Below, one piece after another: positions 50,210 to 63,860 of a stretch of 64,000 nt of DNA. The notes beneath the pieces were generated by a model. It had not been told where the DNA came from. It worked only from the letters and a program-made list of their open reading frames with translations, and did not search any database. Numbering within the stretch: position 1 is the stretch's first letter; each line of letters opens with the position of its first letter. A program made the translations under genes and the position numbers. The stretch lies in assembly GCA_013265495.1 (NCBI GenBank), contig MU058584.1, positions 7,468,407 through 7,532,406 of the forward strand, read 5' to 3'. The stretch is from Vicugna vicugna. Its lineage: Eukaryota.

Positions 50210-52515
50210 ATTTAAAAAATTAATAGGCTTTATAGAATAGTTTTAAGTCTACAGAAAAATTGAGCAGATAGCAGAGAGTTCCCATATATCCACTTCCCTC
50301 ACTCACAGGTTTCCATATTTTTAACATCTTTCATTATTGTGGGACATTTGTTAGAGTTGATGAACCAACATTAGCACATTATCAGGTGTATAATTACCAC
50401 CTATTATTATTAACTGAAGTGTATATAGTTTACATTAAGTTCACTCTTATGTTGTACATTCTATGGATTTTGACAAATGCATAATATCAGGTATCCACCA
50501 TTACAGTTTCAGTGTCCTAAAAGTCCCCTGTGTTTCACCAGTTCATCCTTCCCCCGTTTCCCTCCTCCACACCCCTGGCAACCACTGATCTTTTTACTGT
50601 CTTTGTAGTTTTGCCTTTTCAGAATGTCGTATAGTTGGAATCATGCAGTATGCAGCCTTTTCAGACACGCTTCTTTCCCTTAAAAATATGCATTTAAGAT
50701 TCTACCATGTCTTTTTTGTGGTTTAATTAATAGCTTCTTTCTTTTTATTGCTGAATAACATTCCATCGTATGGACGTAGTGCAGTTTGTTTATATATTTA
50801 CCTATAAAGGAACATCTTGGATGTTTTCTGTTTTTGTCAATTATGAAAAAAGCTTCTATAAACATTTGTGGACAGGTTTTAGTGTGAACATACATTCTCA
50901 GCTCACTTGTGTAAATGCCAAAGAGCATGATTGCTGGATCATATGGTAAGAGTATGTCTAGTTTTGTAAGAAACTGCTGAAGTATCTTCCAAAGTGGCTG
51001 TACCATTTTGTATTCCCACCGGCAGTGAATGTGAGCTTCTTTTGCTCCACGTCCTCACCGCTGTTTGATACTGTCGGGCTTTGGGGGAAGATCTTAGCCA
51101 TTTTAAAAGGTGTGTAGTAGAGTCTCATTTTAATATGCAACTCCCTAATGACGTGAGATGTTGAGCTTATTTGCCGTCTGTATTATCTTCTTTGGTGAGG
51201 ATTCTGTTTAGATCTTACCCATTTTTAAATTGAGTTGTTTGTTTTCTTATTGTTAAGTTTTAAGAGTTGTTTGTATATTTCGGATACCAGTCCTTTATCA
51301 GGTTTGTGTTTTGCAAATATTTTATCCCAATCTGCGCCTTGTCCTTTCATTCTCTTAACAGTGTCTTTCACATAGCAGTTTTTAATTTAATAAAGTCCAA
51401 ATACAGCATTTTTTTCTTTTGTGAATTGTGTTTTGGATGTTATATGTAAAAATGTATCGCTCAACCCAAGGTCACCTAGATTTTTCTAAATGTTTTATAG
51501 TTTTGTGTTTTTCATTTAATTCTATGATCCATTTTGAGTTAATTTTTGTAAAATATGTAAGATCAGTGTATGGATGCAGTTTTTTTTTCATGTGCCTGTC
51601 TAGTCATTTCAGCACCATTTGTTAAAAAGATCATCCATTCTCCATTGAATTGTTTTTGCTCTATTGTGAAAGCTCAGTTAACTATATTTGTGTGACTTCT
51701 TTTGTAGACTTACTGTCTGTTCCACTGATCTGTCTATTCTCTTACTAATTTTATTTCCTTTTCTTATCTTATTGCATTACCTAGGAATTCCAGCGTGATA
51801 TGGAATAGGGAGTTATGAGAGGAAATATTTTCACCTGGTCCAGATCTTAGGTGAAAGCATCTAGTTTCTTATCACTGAGTATGATGTTAGCTCTATGTTT
51901 ATTGTAGATGCTTACCAAGTTGAAAGAGTTCCCCTCTATTCCTAGTTTACTGAGAGTTTTTATCATGAATAGGTGTTGAATTTTGTGAAATGCTTTTCTT
52001 GTGTTTATTAATATGATCTATGATATTTTTACTCTTTAATCTGTTGATGCAAGGGATTACATTCATTGATTTTTGAGTGTTGAGCTAATCTTGCATACCT
52101 TTTATAAATCCCACCTGGTAATGGTGCAGAGTTCTTTTTAAACATTGTCAGGTTTGATTTGCTAATATTTTGTTAAGAATTTTTGCATCTATGTTAGTAA
52201 GTGATATTAGTATCTAGTTTTTCTTTCTTGTATTAGCTTTATCTATTTTTGATTTTAGAGTAATGCTGTTCTCATAGAAAGTAAGGAAGTGTTCCCTTTC
52301 TCTATTTTCAGCAAGAGATTGTAAAGAACAGATCTCATATCTTCCATAAATGCTTGGTAGAATTCACCAGTGAAATCATCTAGCCCTAGTGCTTTAATTT
52401 TCTTTGAAAAGTTATTATTATTAACTCAGTTCATTTAACAGATATAGGTTATTCAGATTATCTGTTTTTCTTTGTGTGAGTTTTGGTGGATTATGTCTTT
52501 CAAGGAATTTGTTAA
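50210..52515 (-). mobile_element. Old L1M (L1MC-like) fragment: 3' UTR plus decayed ORF2 with an internal deletion near 51750
   Basis: ORF 50680..51006 (VQPLWK...LPYDPAIMLFGIY...KTCPQMFIEAFFII) matches the L1 ORF2 C-terminus. RT-region-like sequence spans 51755-52500. It is flanked by L2-like sequence on both sides. Confidence 0.92.
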
Positions 52516-55125
52516 TCACTCAAATATTCTATTTCTAAACTATGTATTTACTTTTTTATAGCATATTTTATACTTTATTAGTTTATATATGTGTTTTCTT
52601 CTGCTAAAATGTGGGGTTCTGGAGTATATAGACCATGTTTTTAAATGTTGCATCCTTAAGATTTAGTACAGTGACTGGGCCATTTCACTGAAGGTTGAAT
52701 GAGATGACCTGAAGTTCCCCCCAAATATCAAATGGATATAAGAAATACATTATTAAGAACAGCACAGTTATAAGAAGAACATGAGGTTATTATTAATGTT
52801 ATAAATGTTTTCACATTACAAAAGACTAATCTACCAGAACCTTTTAACTGGTTTGGTTCTGTAGTGCATTTTAATGCTAAACTGTAGCCAGTTTACTGTT
52901 TGAGAGAAGGCTGACTGCGAGTGAGTCAGAAAAATCTAAAGCTAAAGGAATTCAGTCCAAAATGATGACATTTGTCATTGGAGGAAATATTAATAGAATT
53001 ATAAGAATGTGATTCACCCTTTTCCGTATTTCTAGAAAGTACCTGTTGCATAAGACAGAACACACCTGAGTAGACACAATAACCATATAACCTGAGCCCC
53101 ACTGAGGAGAACTGATCATTAAAAATTACAAAACAGGAAGTTAGACTTGTAATTTAAACTTCTGCTTAGTCTTTGGCTATGAATAAATATTATGTTCGGG
53201 ACAAAGAATGAGCTGAAGGGTCTCTTTAATCTCTGCTCTGATCTACTAACTACTATTGTGTCACCAACCTTGTGTTCCCCAAAGGGTGAGCCGCGGGCCG
53301 CTTTCTCCAGACCCCGTGTTTAGAGTGCTTGCAAGCCCTCAGTGCAACATCCGCTGAGACTCAGTGTTGCATCTCATTGATGTGTTCAGGCTCTTTTGGT
53401 CAGAGAAATCAAAGCATAAACATAGTGCTGACAAGTCCAGGTCACGGAGCGGTTTTTGGTCGCTGAACTGCCCAAGCAGGTTATTAGGGAACAACATTTT
53501 AGCAGCAGCAGCAGCAAGTTGTTTATATGATATCTGATCCCAGACATTTTGCATGTGTTTAACACTGTATGAATTTATTTTTGAGACTTGTGGTGATTAT
53601 GGTAAACAATCAAATTTCCTGGTGAAGTTGACTCTGGTGTTATTTGTCATTGAATTTGCTATATTATTTATCTGTATTTCTTCTCTGTAGTCTGTGAAGT
53701 TTGCTTTTGTATAAAAGGTTTATTTTTTAATAACTCATGCATGTTAAAAAAATTTTTTTAGTCCCAGCATTTTATTAAACAGTGTTCTCTGCGGGTTGAT
53801 ACTAGAGTATAATGTATGTAGCTCCTCAGTTGCAAAGCTATTTGGTATAATGGAGACATTCTGATATAAGTTTGATTGCTAAATTGGTTACTTATATAGT
53901 GTGGGACGTTTGCAAGGCTGCTTAATACTTATCCAGTTTGAGTCTCTTCCAACACTATAAACTGGATCAAACCGTGTGCCACATTTTTAATGGTCATAAA
54001 GACCTTTGATATTTTTCAAGTAAAATGCCTTGTGCCAAGGGTTTTGTTGCCATTAAACACATACTTAGTAATAATAAGTAAGCTTGATCTGAGGCATTTA
54101 AAAATAAACTAATTGAATTGAGGTTTGTGCCCTAAATTTTGAATGCTTATAAATTTAACATTTTTCCACTTATATGATATGTGTCCTTCCTCTTTAGATC
54201 TGTACCAAAAAATGAATATAGCACTCTCTTACAGTTGGCTCATAAAGCGTTTATATCCTTCTGCATGCTGAGGTTTTATTGTCATGAAAGAGATTTTCTT
54301 AGTAGTGTGTAACATCTCCCAGTGCCACAGCACATTTCGACAAGGACCACATGTGCTGCCTTTCTTTTGTATAAGTGAGCATGTTGAGGAAACTTCATAA
54401 TGTAATGACTTTTGTGAATTGATTATGAAACTTGAAACTGGTGTATGTTTTTTATTTTATCATTTCTAATGACACTGTGTCTTCTAGGACCATAGCTACT
54501 TTGCATAAACTGATACAGTGCATTTTATGTGCTCTTAAAGAAGACACCTCATAGTGTTAATACAAGATTGAAAGGACTAATATAGTGTTCCTAACATGAT
54601 AGAATGGAGACCTAAGGTCAATTATTTCTGTATTTTTAAACTTGATTTCTTTCCACTTCAATAGAGTCAATTTTTTTTTTTCCTTCTTGGGCATCACTAC
54701 TTGAATGACTTGCAGGCATCTTAAATCCAGCCCATCCAAAACTTAGTTTGTTTATCGCCACCTTTGCTTCCACGCCATGCAAACCTATCGCTCTCCTGCC
54801 TGTTCGATCATAACTAATAGCCTGAGCAGTTGCACAGCTCTTCCAAATGACAAACTTCCTCAGAGTCATCATGGATATATCTTCTTGTGCCGGCCTTCCA
54901 TCAGCTCATCTTCAAATCCTGACAGTCCTTTCTCTCTGAAATACAGCCCCTCCTCTCAGTCCCCCGGCTCTGGTCATAGTCTTACCATAACTCCCTTGGA
55001 CAAACAGAACAGTCTGTTGAATGTTCCATCTTCCACACCACGTTGTGATTCTTAAAACACAAATGTGGTCATGTCAGTTCCCTGGGTAAAACATCTGTTG
55101 CCCCTTGATTCTCCATTATATAGAG

Positions 55126-55372
55126 CAGTGTTTTACAAATTGCAGGTTGCAAGCTATCAGTGAGCAGTGAATCAATATTAGTGACTTAACACTGAACTTT
55201 GAAAAATGTAATAGAAAAGAAAATGGTGGAGTGCAGCACATTTTGTTTGTTCTGTGAAACTCTGCTCTAGTTGTATTTGCCTGTATAAGCGTGCATGTGT
55301 TTGGGTACCGTATTATGATGTTAAATGTGTATGTGTTCATGGACTGTAGTCCTGAAAGTTTGAAAGCTATCA
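55126..55372. mobile_element. hAT-Charlie MITE inserted in an L2 fragment (~54690-55550)
   Basis: Degenerate TIRs cagtgttttacaaa / tttgaaagctatca; 8-bp TSD atatagag (55118-55125) / gtatagag (55373-55380). Confidence 0.7.
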
Positions 55373-55562
55373 GTATAGAGAATAAAGGTCAAACTTCTTA
55401 TCAGGTTATACAGTTTGTTTTTCTAATCTGCCCAGTTTACCTTCCTACTATCATCTCCAGCCAATTCTTCCGAGAAGCCTAGGCCTATTTCCACTCCAGG
55501 AACTCACCATATTTCCCTAGCATTAACTTTGCCTTTATACAAACTAGTTCCTTTAAATGAAG

Positions 55563-56985
55563 TAGCAGTTCTAAAACTCTTTGGTCTTGGGAGTCCTTTA
55601 CACTCTGAAGAGGCATTCAGTCCTCCCAGAGAACCTTTGTTTATGTGGCCTCTATAAACTGTATCTATTGATGTATAACATATTAGAAATTAAAATGGAA
55701 AAATTTTAATATGTATTAATTTATTTAAAATACACGATAAACTCATGTGCCATCCTAAGTGATAGATTTTTTTTGTTAAAATAACTGTATTTTCCAAAAC
55801 AAATAAAATTAGAAGAATGGCATTGTTTTACAGTTTTACAAATCTCTTTAATGTTTGACTTGATAGAAAACAGATGGATTCTCACATCTGCTTCTGCATT
55901 CAATCTGTTGCTATGTGTTATTTAGTTCAAGGACATGAAGAAAATCCAGACTAACAGATACGTAGTTGGAAGAGATTTGAGTATTTTAATAATCTTTTCA
56001 GATAATTGTATAGCTATTCTTCTTTAATACTACACCAAAACTCAACAAATGATAACTTCTTAAAGGTTGGTTGCAATGTCGATATGAAATCATACCAATT
56101 AATTTATCATTATCTGTGACATTAAAATCCATTGCTCTGCCTCATTTGCACTTTGAATGAATATTTTCCCCATGCAGATTTTGCAATATCATACACCGGC
56201 CATTTGGGAAATACTGGTTTTTTAAATGATATGTAGATTTTCCAAATGTTCCATTTGTTTTATTTTACAATGTCAAAAAATCACGTCGGTTGATATCACT
56301 GCAGATTGCGTCAAATAAGTCTTTAAGTATTGGGAAGCTGGCAGGCTTACTGTGACAGATATAGGTTTTCCAAAATTTTAACTTTTCACATAAAAGCACT
56401 AGTTTTATTGTTAGAGGCTAATACTGTGGCTTACTTTTCTTGAAATGTCATACAGCTGAATTAGAATTTCACAGAACAGTGACCTTGTAGCCTGTGATAC
56501 ATTTGAATTACTGTAGTTTGTCAGTGATTCTTTCAAGTAAGAATGGTGTTAAAAAAACACAGCTCCAGCATCACACAAGTGCTGTTCCTTGAAACAGCAG
56601 GACGTAGAAGTGTGTTGTGTATACTATCCCATTTCATCACACAGAATGTTAAAGAGGCACATACTAAAAGATGAAAAAAATTTTAAATAGTTTTTTACTG
56701 CTTTATCAAGAATATTCCTAAGTAAATTTGGCTTATTTTTAACTGCAAGTGCGTGGCATTGAAGAATATGACTGCTAGTAAAGTTTGGTGCCCAACCGTG
56801 ATATGTGTGGAAGCATCAGCAGTCTTACCGTTATTCCTCCTGCATCACCAGGGCAAACGTTAGCACAGTGAAAAAGACAAAGATTACATCAGTGTTATTA
56901 GAAAAATTATTTTGACAATGTGGGTCTCCTGAAAGGGGTCTTGCTCACCCCCAGGAAACTGTGGTCCACATTTTGAGAACTCGGA
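55563..56985 (-). mobile_element. Charlie1 (Charlie1a-like) hAT DNA transposon, internally deleted
   Basis: TIR-like ends tagcagttctaaaact / ttttgagaactc, length ~1.4 kb. ORF 55721..55903 (NAEADVRIHLFSIKSNIKEICKTVKQCH) resembles the Charlie transposase C-terminus. Confidence 0.85.
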
Positions 56986-57489
56986 ATCTTCCCTAAGCTT
57001 ATTATTTTCTTGGAAAATTTGTCTTAAAATCTTAAGATAAAGTTCAGAAGTCCTGTCCTTGTTGAAGCTTCCTGAGGCACCCCAGGCTAACTTGTCACTT
57101 TTCTGAGCTGCCGTTGTACCCCCCTCTTCCATTTCCCTTTGTCCACAGGGTACCACTGGTAGGGGCTGAATCTTATTTTTTTTTTACCACCCTGGTGAAT
57201 GCTCAGCATTTACTAATGAGCACCAAGCCTGCTCACCGTTACAGGTGCTGGTTTTTGTTATTCTCTCTTAAGTCAAAAGGGGAATGATTCCCTGCCTTCC
57301 ATTTTCTGAGACAAGCAGGAACATTTTGCCAACATATCTTTAGTGCCACTCACATGGGCAATCGGAAATACTGATATGATGCTTAGGGTTTCAGGGCCAC
57401 CTTGTAGTATTGATATTGTGACACTGATGTGAGTAACACAAAAATGACTTCTGTTCAGCAATGGTGTGGACTATTTCCTTGGGTCCTTT

Positions 57490-58120
57490 TGATGCAGGAA
57501 AACAGATGTGGGGCGTGAGAGGGGGCTGTGTCCCAGGCTTTGGTTGAGCCCCTGGAACGTGCCCTGCCAAGTATGGGAACTTGGCTTCGTGCAGGAAAGA
57601 ATTCAAGAGTGAGCCACAGTTCAGTAAAGGTAGATTTATTCAGAGAGATACATTGAAAGGCAGGAGAAAGGCCACGAGGTGTGGGGGTTGGGTGCTCAAT
57701 TAGAAGTAGGTACACATTTCATAGACAGAATGTGGGCTCTCTTCGAAGAGGAGAGAGAGGGGCGGCCGCAAGATGCTGTGTTGCCAGTTTTTATGGGCTT
57801 GGTGGCTTCATATGCTAATAAGTGGAAGGACCAGTCTAAATAGCCTGGGGAAGGGGCTGGGATTCCCAGAAGTTGGCCATTTCCCAGTCTTTGACCCTTT
57901 GTGGCTAGCCTTGGGACTGCCATGGTGCCTAGGGGTGTGTTATTCACCATGTAATTAATGTATTGCAATGGATGTATAATGAAGCTCAAGATCTACTAGC
58001 AGTTAAATCTTTCATCATCTTGAGCCTCAAGGCCTACTGGGGGGTTGAATCTTTCACCATTTTGATGTTAATTGCTGTAGCACTCCTTGAATGGCTGTTC
58101 TCTTCCCTCTTCCTGTCTCA
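57490..58120 (-). mobile_element. ERV1-class solo LTR (631 bp)
   Basis: TG...CA termini with imperfect inverted ends (tgatgcagga / tcctgtctca), 4-bp TSD CTTT (57486-57489, 58121-58124), and a minus-strand AATAAA at ~57635-57640. Confidence 0.85.
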
Positions 58121-58249
58121 CTTTAATCCAAACCTTGAGAGAACTCAAGGGACTATTTTGGGTAACTCTACCTATCTTTGCATCAACTAGTCTCCTATTA
58201 GATCATTTTGATAGGATTTTATTTGAGTATTTTTTGACCTTTTTATTGC

Positions 58250-58370
58250 TTACATCTATTCAGGAAACATTTATTCAGCATCTACTATGGGCCAGGCACT
58301 ATGCTGGCTGCTGAGGATACAAAGATGAGTGGGCCATGACCTTGCCCTCAAGGTAATATAGTAGAGGAAT
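58250..58370 (-). mobile_element. L2 3'-end fragment
   Basis: aaacatttattcagcatctactatgggccaggcactatgctgg...cttgccctcaagg. Confidence 0.8.
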
Positions 58371-59090
58371 GGGAGAAAGGCATCTGGATTTGGTTCTCAG
58401 ATTATAGTGCTTTTCTTTCTTATAATTTGAAATTTGAAAGTTTAGAGTTTTTTTAAAGTATGTTTTGTGAATAAAAGCTTGTATTGTAAAGATTGTCTAA
58501 GATGTTTCAGTTGTAGATTTCCTTCTCTGCCTATATTTAAAATAGTTTTTTGAGTTTGTTATTTGGAAATTCAAAGTTTGAAGTAAGTTTTGTAGATTAG
58601 AGAAAAATCACATTCCTTAACTTGTCATTTACAAAGATACATCACGGTATCTCATCATTGAATGTAAACCTTGTATTGAATTCAGGCTTTTTAGCAACAC
58701 AGAGGAAGTATGCACTTCTTTAAGTATAATATCCCTTAAAAAACACTCTATGTTTATTTTCATTAAGAATTATATCGTAATATTGCTCAGTATGTATAGC
58801 TCTATACAGAAAGTGAAAAAAAAATCATTGCTTATCCAAAGAGCTTACTATTTCTTAATGAGGAGATAGACCAAATAAAAAAATGTTTCTACAAATCCAG
58901 ATGAGAATTGTGATGGAGAGTGGCTTGGCTACAAATTGCAGTTCTTCCCCAAGGCTGGGGAGAGAGGAGGCTGAAAGAAGGGGAGGCTGCTGAGTAGGCA
59001 CAGCAGAGCTGCTGGCTTTCCGCTTTGAGTCTAAGGACTGACTTCCAGGATTGGTCTCTGTGCATTGTTATCTAGATCATGTTTTGCTGA

Positions 59091-59496
59091 TGTGATGCCT
59101 CATTTTATGTGTGCACTTGGCAGGGCCATAGTACTCAGCTGTTTGGTCAAACACCAGTCTAAATGTTGCGGTGAAGATACATTTTAGAGATTAACATTTA
59201 AATCAGTAGATCTAAAAAAGCATATTATCCTCTGTAATGGCGGTGGGCCCCATCTAAACAGTTGAAGGCCTTAAGAAAAAAGACCAGCTTCCCCTGAGGA
59301 AAAGAGAATTCTGCCTCCAGACTGCCTTTGGACTTGAACTGCAACACTAATCCTTCCCTCAGCCTCCAACCTTGTTTTTCAGACTTGGCACCTGCCAGCC
59401 TCCACAATGGAGTGGACCAGTTCCTTAAAATAAATCTCTCTTTTTCTGTCTCTTTCTCCCTGTGTCTGTCTCTCTTTCTTCTCTCTCTCTGTCTCT

Positions 59497-59566
<70 letters not shown>

Positions 59567-59606
59567 CCTACTGGTTCTGTCTCTCTAGAGAACTCTGACC
59601 AATACA
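59091..59606 (+). mobile_element. ERVL solo LTR (MLT2-type)
   Basis: tgtgatg...ttttatgtgtgcacttggc...ggttctgtctctctagagaactctgaccaataca; TSD gctga / gctgg. Confidence 0.88.
59501..59565. repeat. Uninterrupted (AC)32 microsatellite preceded by a (CT)n tract
   Basis: Direct reading; lies inside the MLT2 LTR. Confidence 0.98.
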
Positions 59607-59835
59607 GCTGGCTTGTCCATATTTTTGGTCTTTTGTCAGTTCAAGTAATAAGATGCTGTCAGATCATAATATAGATTTCAAAGCACTTGAACATTTGTGC
59701 ATAGTAAACTGATTCTATGGAAGTATTTGGAAGGAGTAAGTCCTAGGGACCCATGGAGTAAAGCAAATGTGTTGAACTAGATGGACCATAGCAGGTAAGG
59801 CATACTGGGGGGAGAAGTAATAGGAGAGAAGACCC

Positions 59836-60251
59836 TGTTATAAGATGAATTTTGTCTCCCACCCACTCCCCGCTAAACTCAAATGTTGAAGCTCTAACCC
59901 TCAGTACCTCAGCATGTGACTGTATTTGGAGATACAGCCTTCAAAGAGATGATTTAAGTTAAAATGACGCCATTAGGGTGGACCCTAATCCAAATGAGTG
60001 GTGTCCTTATAAGAAGAGGAAATTTGAACATACAAAGGTACACCGTGGGGCACATGGAGGGAAGACCCGGTGGGGCCACAGTAAGAAGGTGGTCATCTGC
60101 AGGTCAGGGAGAGAGCCTCAGGAAAAATCAGTCCTGCTGACACCTTGATCTTGGGCTTCTAGCCTCCAGAACTGTAAGAAAATAAATCTTTGTTGTTTAA
60201 ACCACCCAGTCTGCAGTGTTTTGTTATGGCAGCTCTAGCAAACTTAACATA
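59836..60251 (+). mobile_element. MaLR solo LTR (MLT1A/B-like)
   Basis: tgttata...atgtgactgtatttggagat...cctgctgacaccttgatcttgggcttctagcctccagaactgtaagaaaataaa. Confidence 0.88.
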
Positions 60252-60809
60252 GGCCTCCAGGGTGAACTTGATGACTTTGCAACTTTGCCTGTGGCTGGAC
60301 GTGATCCTGGTGTGTTAGACATTTCTGTTCATTCAGAAGCTAAGGCCGTGGATCTCAAGAACTGCCTTGGCTGGGCTGGGCTTGTTGGTCTCTGGCTTGA
60401 AAGCAGCCGGGCTGACTGTTGCTGTTTGCGCTGAAGCCGGGAGGGGACTTTGATACCAGTCCTAAGAGCCCTGTAGCAGCCTGGTCCTGTGTCTGCAGTG
60501 CTCTTGCCACGGTCCTTGCCCACCCACAGCTGCAGCTCCAGAAAAGTCTTGTCAGCTCTGGCAATGGGCATCTCAGATAGCCCAGTAATTTTTTTTCAGC
60601 CTAATATTTCCAAAGCCGTTTTTCATTACCTGGAAATTGCATTTATTGAAGTCTGGGTTGAAATAGCTAAATAGCTTCATAAAATCAAAATTATTTTTTA
60701 AAAACGTTACTAATTATGAGATGGTGTAATATAATCATCGAAAATGTACTAGTCATTGATGGACCTATTTGTTTGGTGCTTTGCAGTTTTAATAATAATT
60801 ATAAAATAA

Positions 60810-61090
60810 TATTAGTATTATAGCTAACACTTACATCATGTTTACCATGTACCAAACACCCTTCTGAGCTCTTTATAGATGTTAACTTAGAAGTATTTTG
60901 ACATAGGCCATCTCATTTGATCCTTGTAATAAAGCTGTGAGTTAGACGAGGCAGGTATTCTTTCCATTTCGCAGATGAGAAAATTGAGACTCAGCAAAGT
61001 TCGGTGATTTTCTCAAGGTCACCCTGCTGGTAAATGGCAAAGCTTGAAGCATAATCTGGTTCTTCAGATTTCTAAATGAGTGCTTTTTCC
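60810..61090 (-). mobile_element. MIR SINE
   Basis: ccatttcgcagatgagaaaattgagactcag...tctcaaggtcaccctgctggtaaatggca. Confidence 0.8.
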
Positions 61091-63704
61091 AAACCACTTT
61101 TCTGTAAATAGCATCACATATTTTATAAACATAATCAAGAGCTTGGAAGCATGCCTTTCTTTGCCTCCTTAGGTTCTGAACAAAGAAATGTGAGAATCAG
61201 TAAGATAAGGAAGATGACATTTGCCTCCCTAAAGGACTACTGACTTTCATCCCTTGCAGGAAGGACTGGGAAGCACACTGTTTCTCACACCAGGAGCTGT
61301 ATGGATTGGAGAACAGAATGAAACTAAGCTGAAGTTCAAGCAAATAGGGAATATTTAGCCAATACAAGAATAGTAAAGAAATTATAAAGTTACATCTGAA
61401 CAAATCAGAAAAACTGTAAAGGGAACCGAGATAGAACATGAAATAAAAAGACTAGGACAACGTTATTTCTCTTACTTATTTCATTGGTAAAATGAATTCA
61501 GTTTATAGGAGGCAAAATATGTCCCTAAGAAAGCGATGCCTTTGAGACGGAGGAGAAGGAGGGTAAAATATGTCTGTGGCAGGTCTCAGGCTGTAATGTA
61601 CATCAGTGTGTTCTTACTGTTATCAACTATGTCAGCTTCTACGCTCAGGTTTGATTTCTAGCCACAGCAAAGGACTCTTGTTGGGGAAGAGTTTAAAACT
61701 AGACTAAACTCCACAAAGAAATGTTTAAGGAACATTTGTTAAATCCAGTGATTTCAGCCATCCTCCCTTAAATCACAACCCCTGAGCAAATTTAAGATTG
61801 CTATTGTGGTAAAAGGGCAGTTGAGTAAATGGAACGACATCTTATTGTTTCCAAAAATTAAAAAAAAAAAATTATCATAATACCTTTCGGTGATTTCAGC
61901 ATCTGGGGAAGGATAGACTTTCCCCTGCCCGGAATGACGCTTAGGAAGCAAAATAGCATTAATGCTTAACCAATACCTTGATTAACTAATTAAGGCTCCA
62001 GACAGAAAAAAAAAAAAAAAGGGAAACTTTCTGATTATCGTCACTCGGTAATTACTAGTATTTTCCAGAACCTAGGCCACTCGGCTGTCTAAGAATCAAA
62101 ATGCAGCTGAAACTGAACCTTCAAAAGTTTTCCTTCTTCATTTTTTAAGACCCAGAGCAGGATCTCTGTCATACTAAAGTCCCTCCTGGATGTCTGGAAA
62201 AAGTCTTAAGAGTCTGGGAGACCATCCAAAATATGTGCAGTGACCATTGCCACAGGCGTGAACTTCTTAATGCATTTTGCAGAAATCTCCACCACAATGA
62301 AATTGATTACTGTCTGAAAGGATTTTTTTCCTTTTTTAAAATAGCGAGCAGCTAGAATATGCTTTTTAATATTTTATTGCATCCTTAAGTATCTCATGTG
62401 GACTGAATATGACTGGAGAAAGTTGCTGCTCCGAGTTTGATGTATGATCTCCAGTTTAAACGATTTTTTTTAATTGATAGGTAGAAGTGAATAGAAAAAG
62501 GAAAGCTCTAGATCTATGAAGACCATCCAAAGTTGTATATTGATTACGAAAACCTGAGTTTCTGTCCAGTTCTCCTGCTGCAGATACTGAAATAAGGTCA
62601 GAGAATAAGTATGAAGAAGTGGCTTTTCAAGGAACAGGTGGAAATTGAAAAGAAAATGGAACCTGGAGTTTTGTGAGTCTGTCTGTCTTGTAAGGCCAGT
62701 ATTTATGAGGGTGGAGGAAGGGGTGGGAGGGCTTGTTGTAATGTTTTTACGTGATCAAGATCAAACTGTGCAAGTTCTTTAACGCAATCTACTCATTGCA
62801 GTGAAGCAAAAGAGTGAGTTTGTAGCTACCAGGCAATGATTTGGGTTTTATTCACCTAATGCAAATAATTGCAGCAGAACTGTTGCTGGACTTGGTCTCA
62901 TGTCACATAGAATAAGTCCGATGAATCAAGAGAAGGGAAAGTGCAGGGGAGATAATGGAATCATAATAAATAATGGACAGAAAGCACATCAGTGATGAGA
63001 TTTCTAGTTCTTGTTTTCATGGCAGTTTCCATATTCTTGTGCGAAGTTGGAAGGTTGTTCTGTTTCTGGTATCAATCACACCTTAGCCAGACAGCGCACT
63101 GAGGCTGGCCACTGCTGCTGGGAGATTTCTTCCTGACAGTGATTCATGTGAGCTAACTGTCGGAAGTTTTGAAGTTCTGAAATAGAAGCCGATGTATGTC
63201 TTTTGCTGTTCTGCAGTCACTGAAGACACTTCCTATGATATAAAGTAGTTTTGCAGAAAACTACTTATCTTTGAACAAGGCTTAACTCAGAAATCACCTA
63301 CTCATTCACGGGCATCAGATTTTCTGAATATTTCATGTTTCGTGTATGTGTGTGGTGAAATTTTTCTTCTTACGGTACACAGGTTACCACAGGAGGAGGT
63401 AAGAGATGCTATTTTAGAAGCCCAAACCTTTTACTTTATGTTGTCATGAGAGACTAAAAAGGCAGCAAAAAATTATACATTTAACTTTTGGTCTTAGAAA
63501 TTACTAACATCACAAACTGATTTTAGTCCATAAGAAGGGCTGATCAAATAATCTTAACCCAGGCTGAGTACATGATTCCAGATACGGAAAAGATGGGTAG
63601 AAAGGGTGCAAGTTCCTCTAGTCAGACCAGTACTGAAGAGGAGAGAGTTTTTAACTTCTCTGCACCTCACCTGTGCTCCCAAGCATCCTTCCATATGAAG
63701 TTAT

Positions 63705-63860
63705 AATGTTTTAGCCTTGAAATCAACCTTAGAGATCGAATAATCAAACATCTTTTTTGATAAATGAGGGAAACTTAGACCTTGAAAGGTTGATTACCTA
63801 ATTGCCCCAGGTCAGATAACCACTGGGAGGAAGAAAATGTGAATTTCAAGACGTGGGTCT
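63705..63860 (-). mobile_element. MIR fragment
   Basis: gataaatgagggaaacttagaccttgaaaggttga...ttgccccaggtca. Confidence 0.55.

Noticed and set aside
50680..51140. Protein-coding ORFs
   Set aside because: Frameshifted L1 ORF2 remnants.
55721..55903. Domesticated transposase gene
   Set aside because: Only a short C-terminal trace within an internally deleted Charlie1 fossil.
59225..59674. VCVC/HTHT-repeat ORFs
   Set aside because: Translation of the (AC)n microsatellite.
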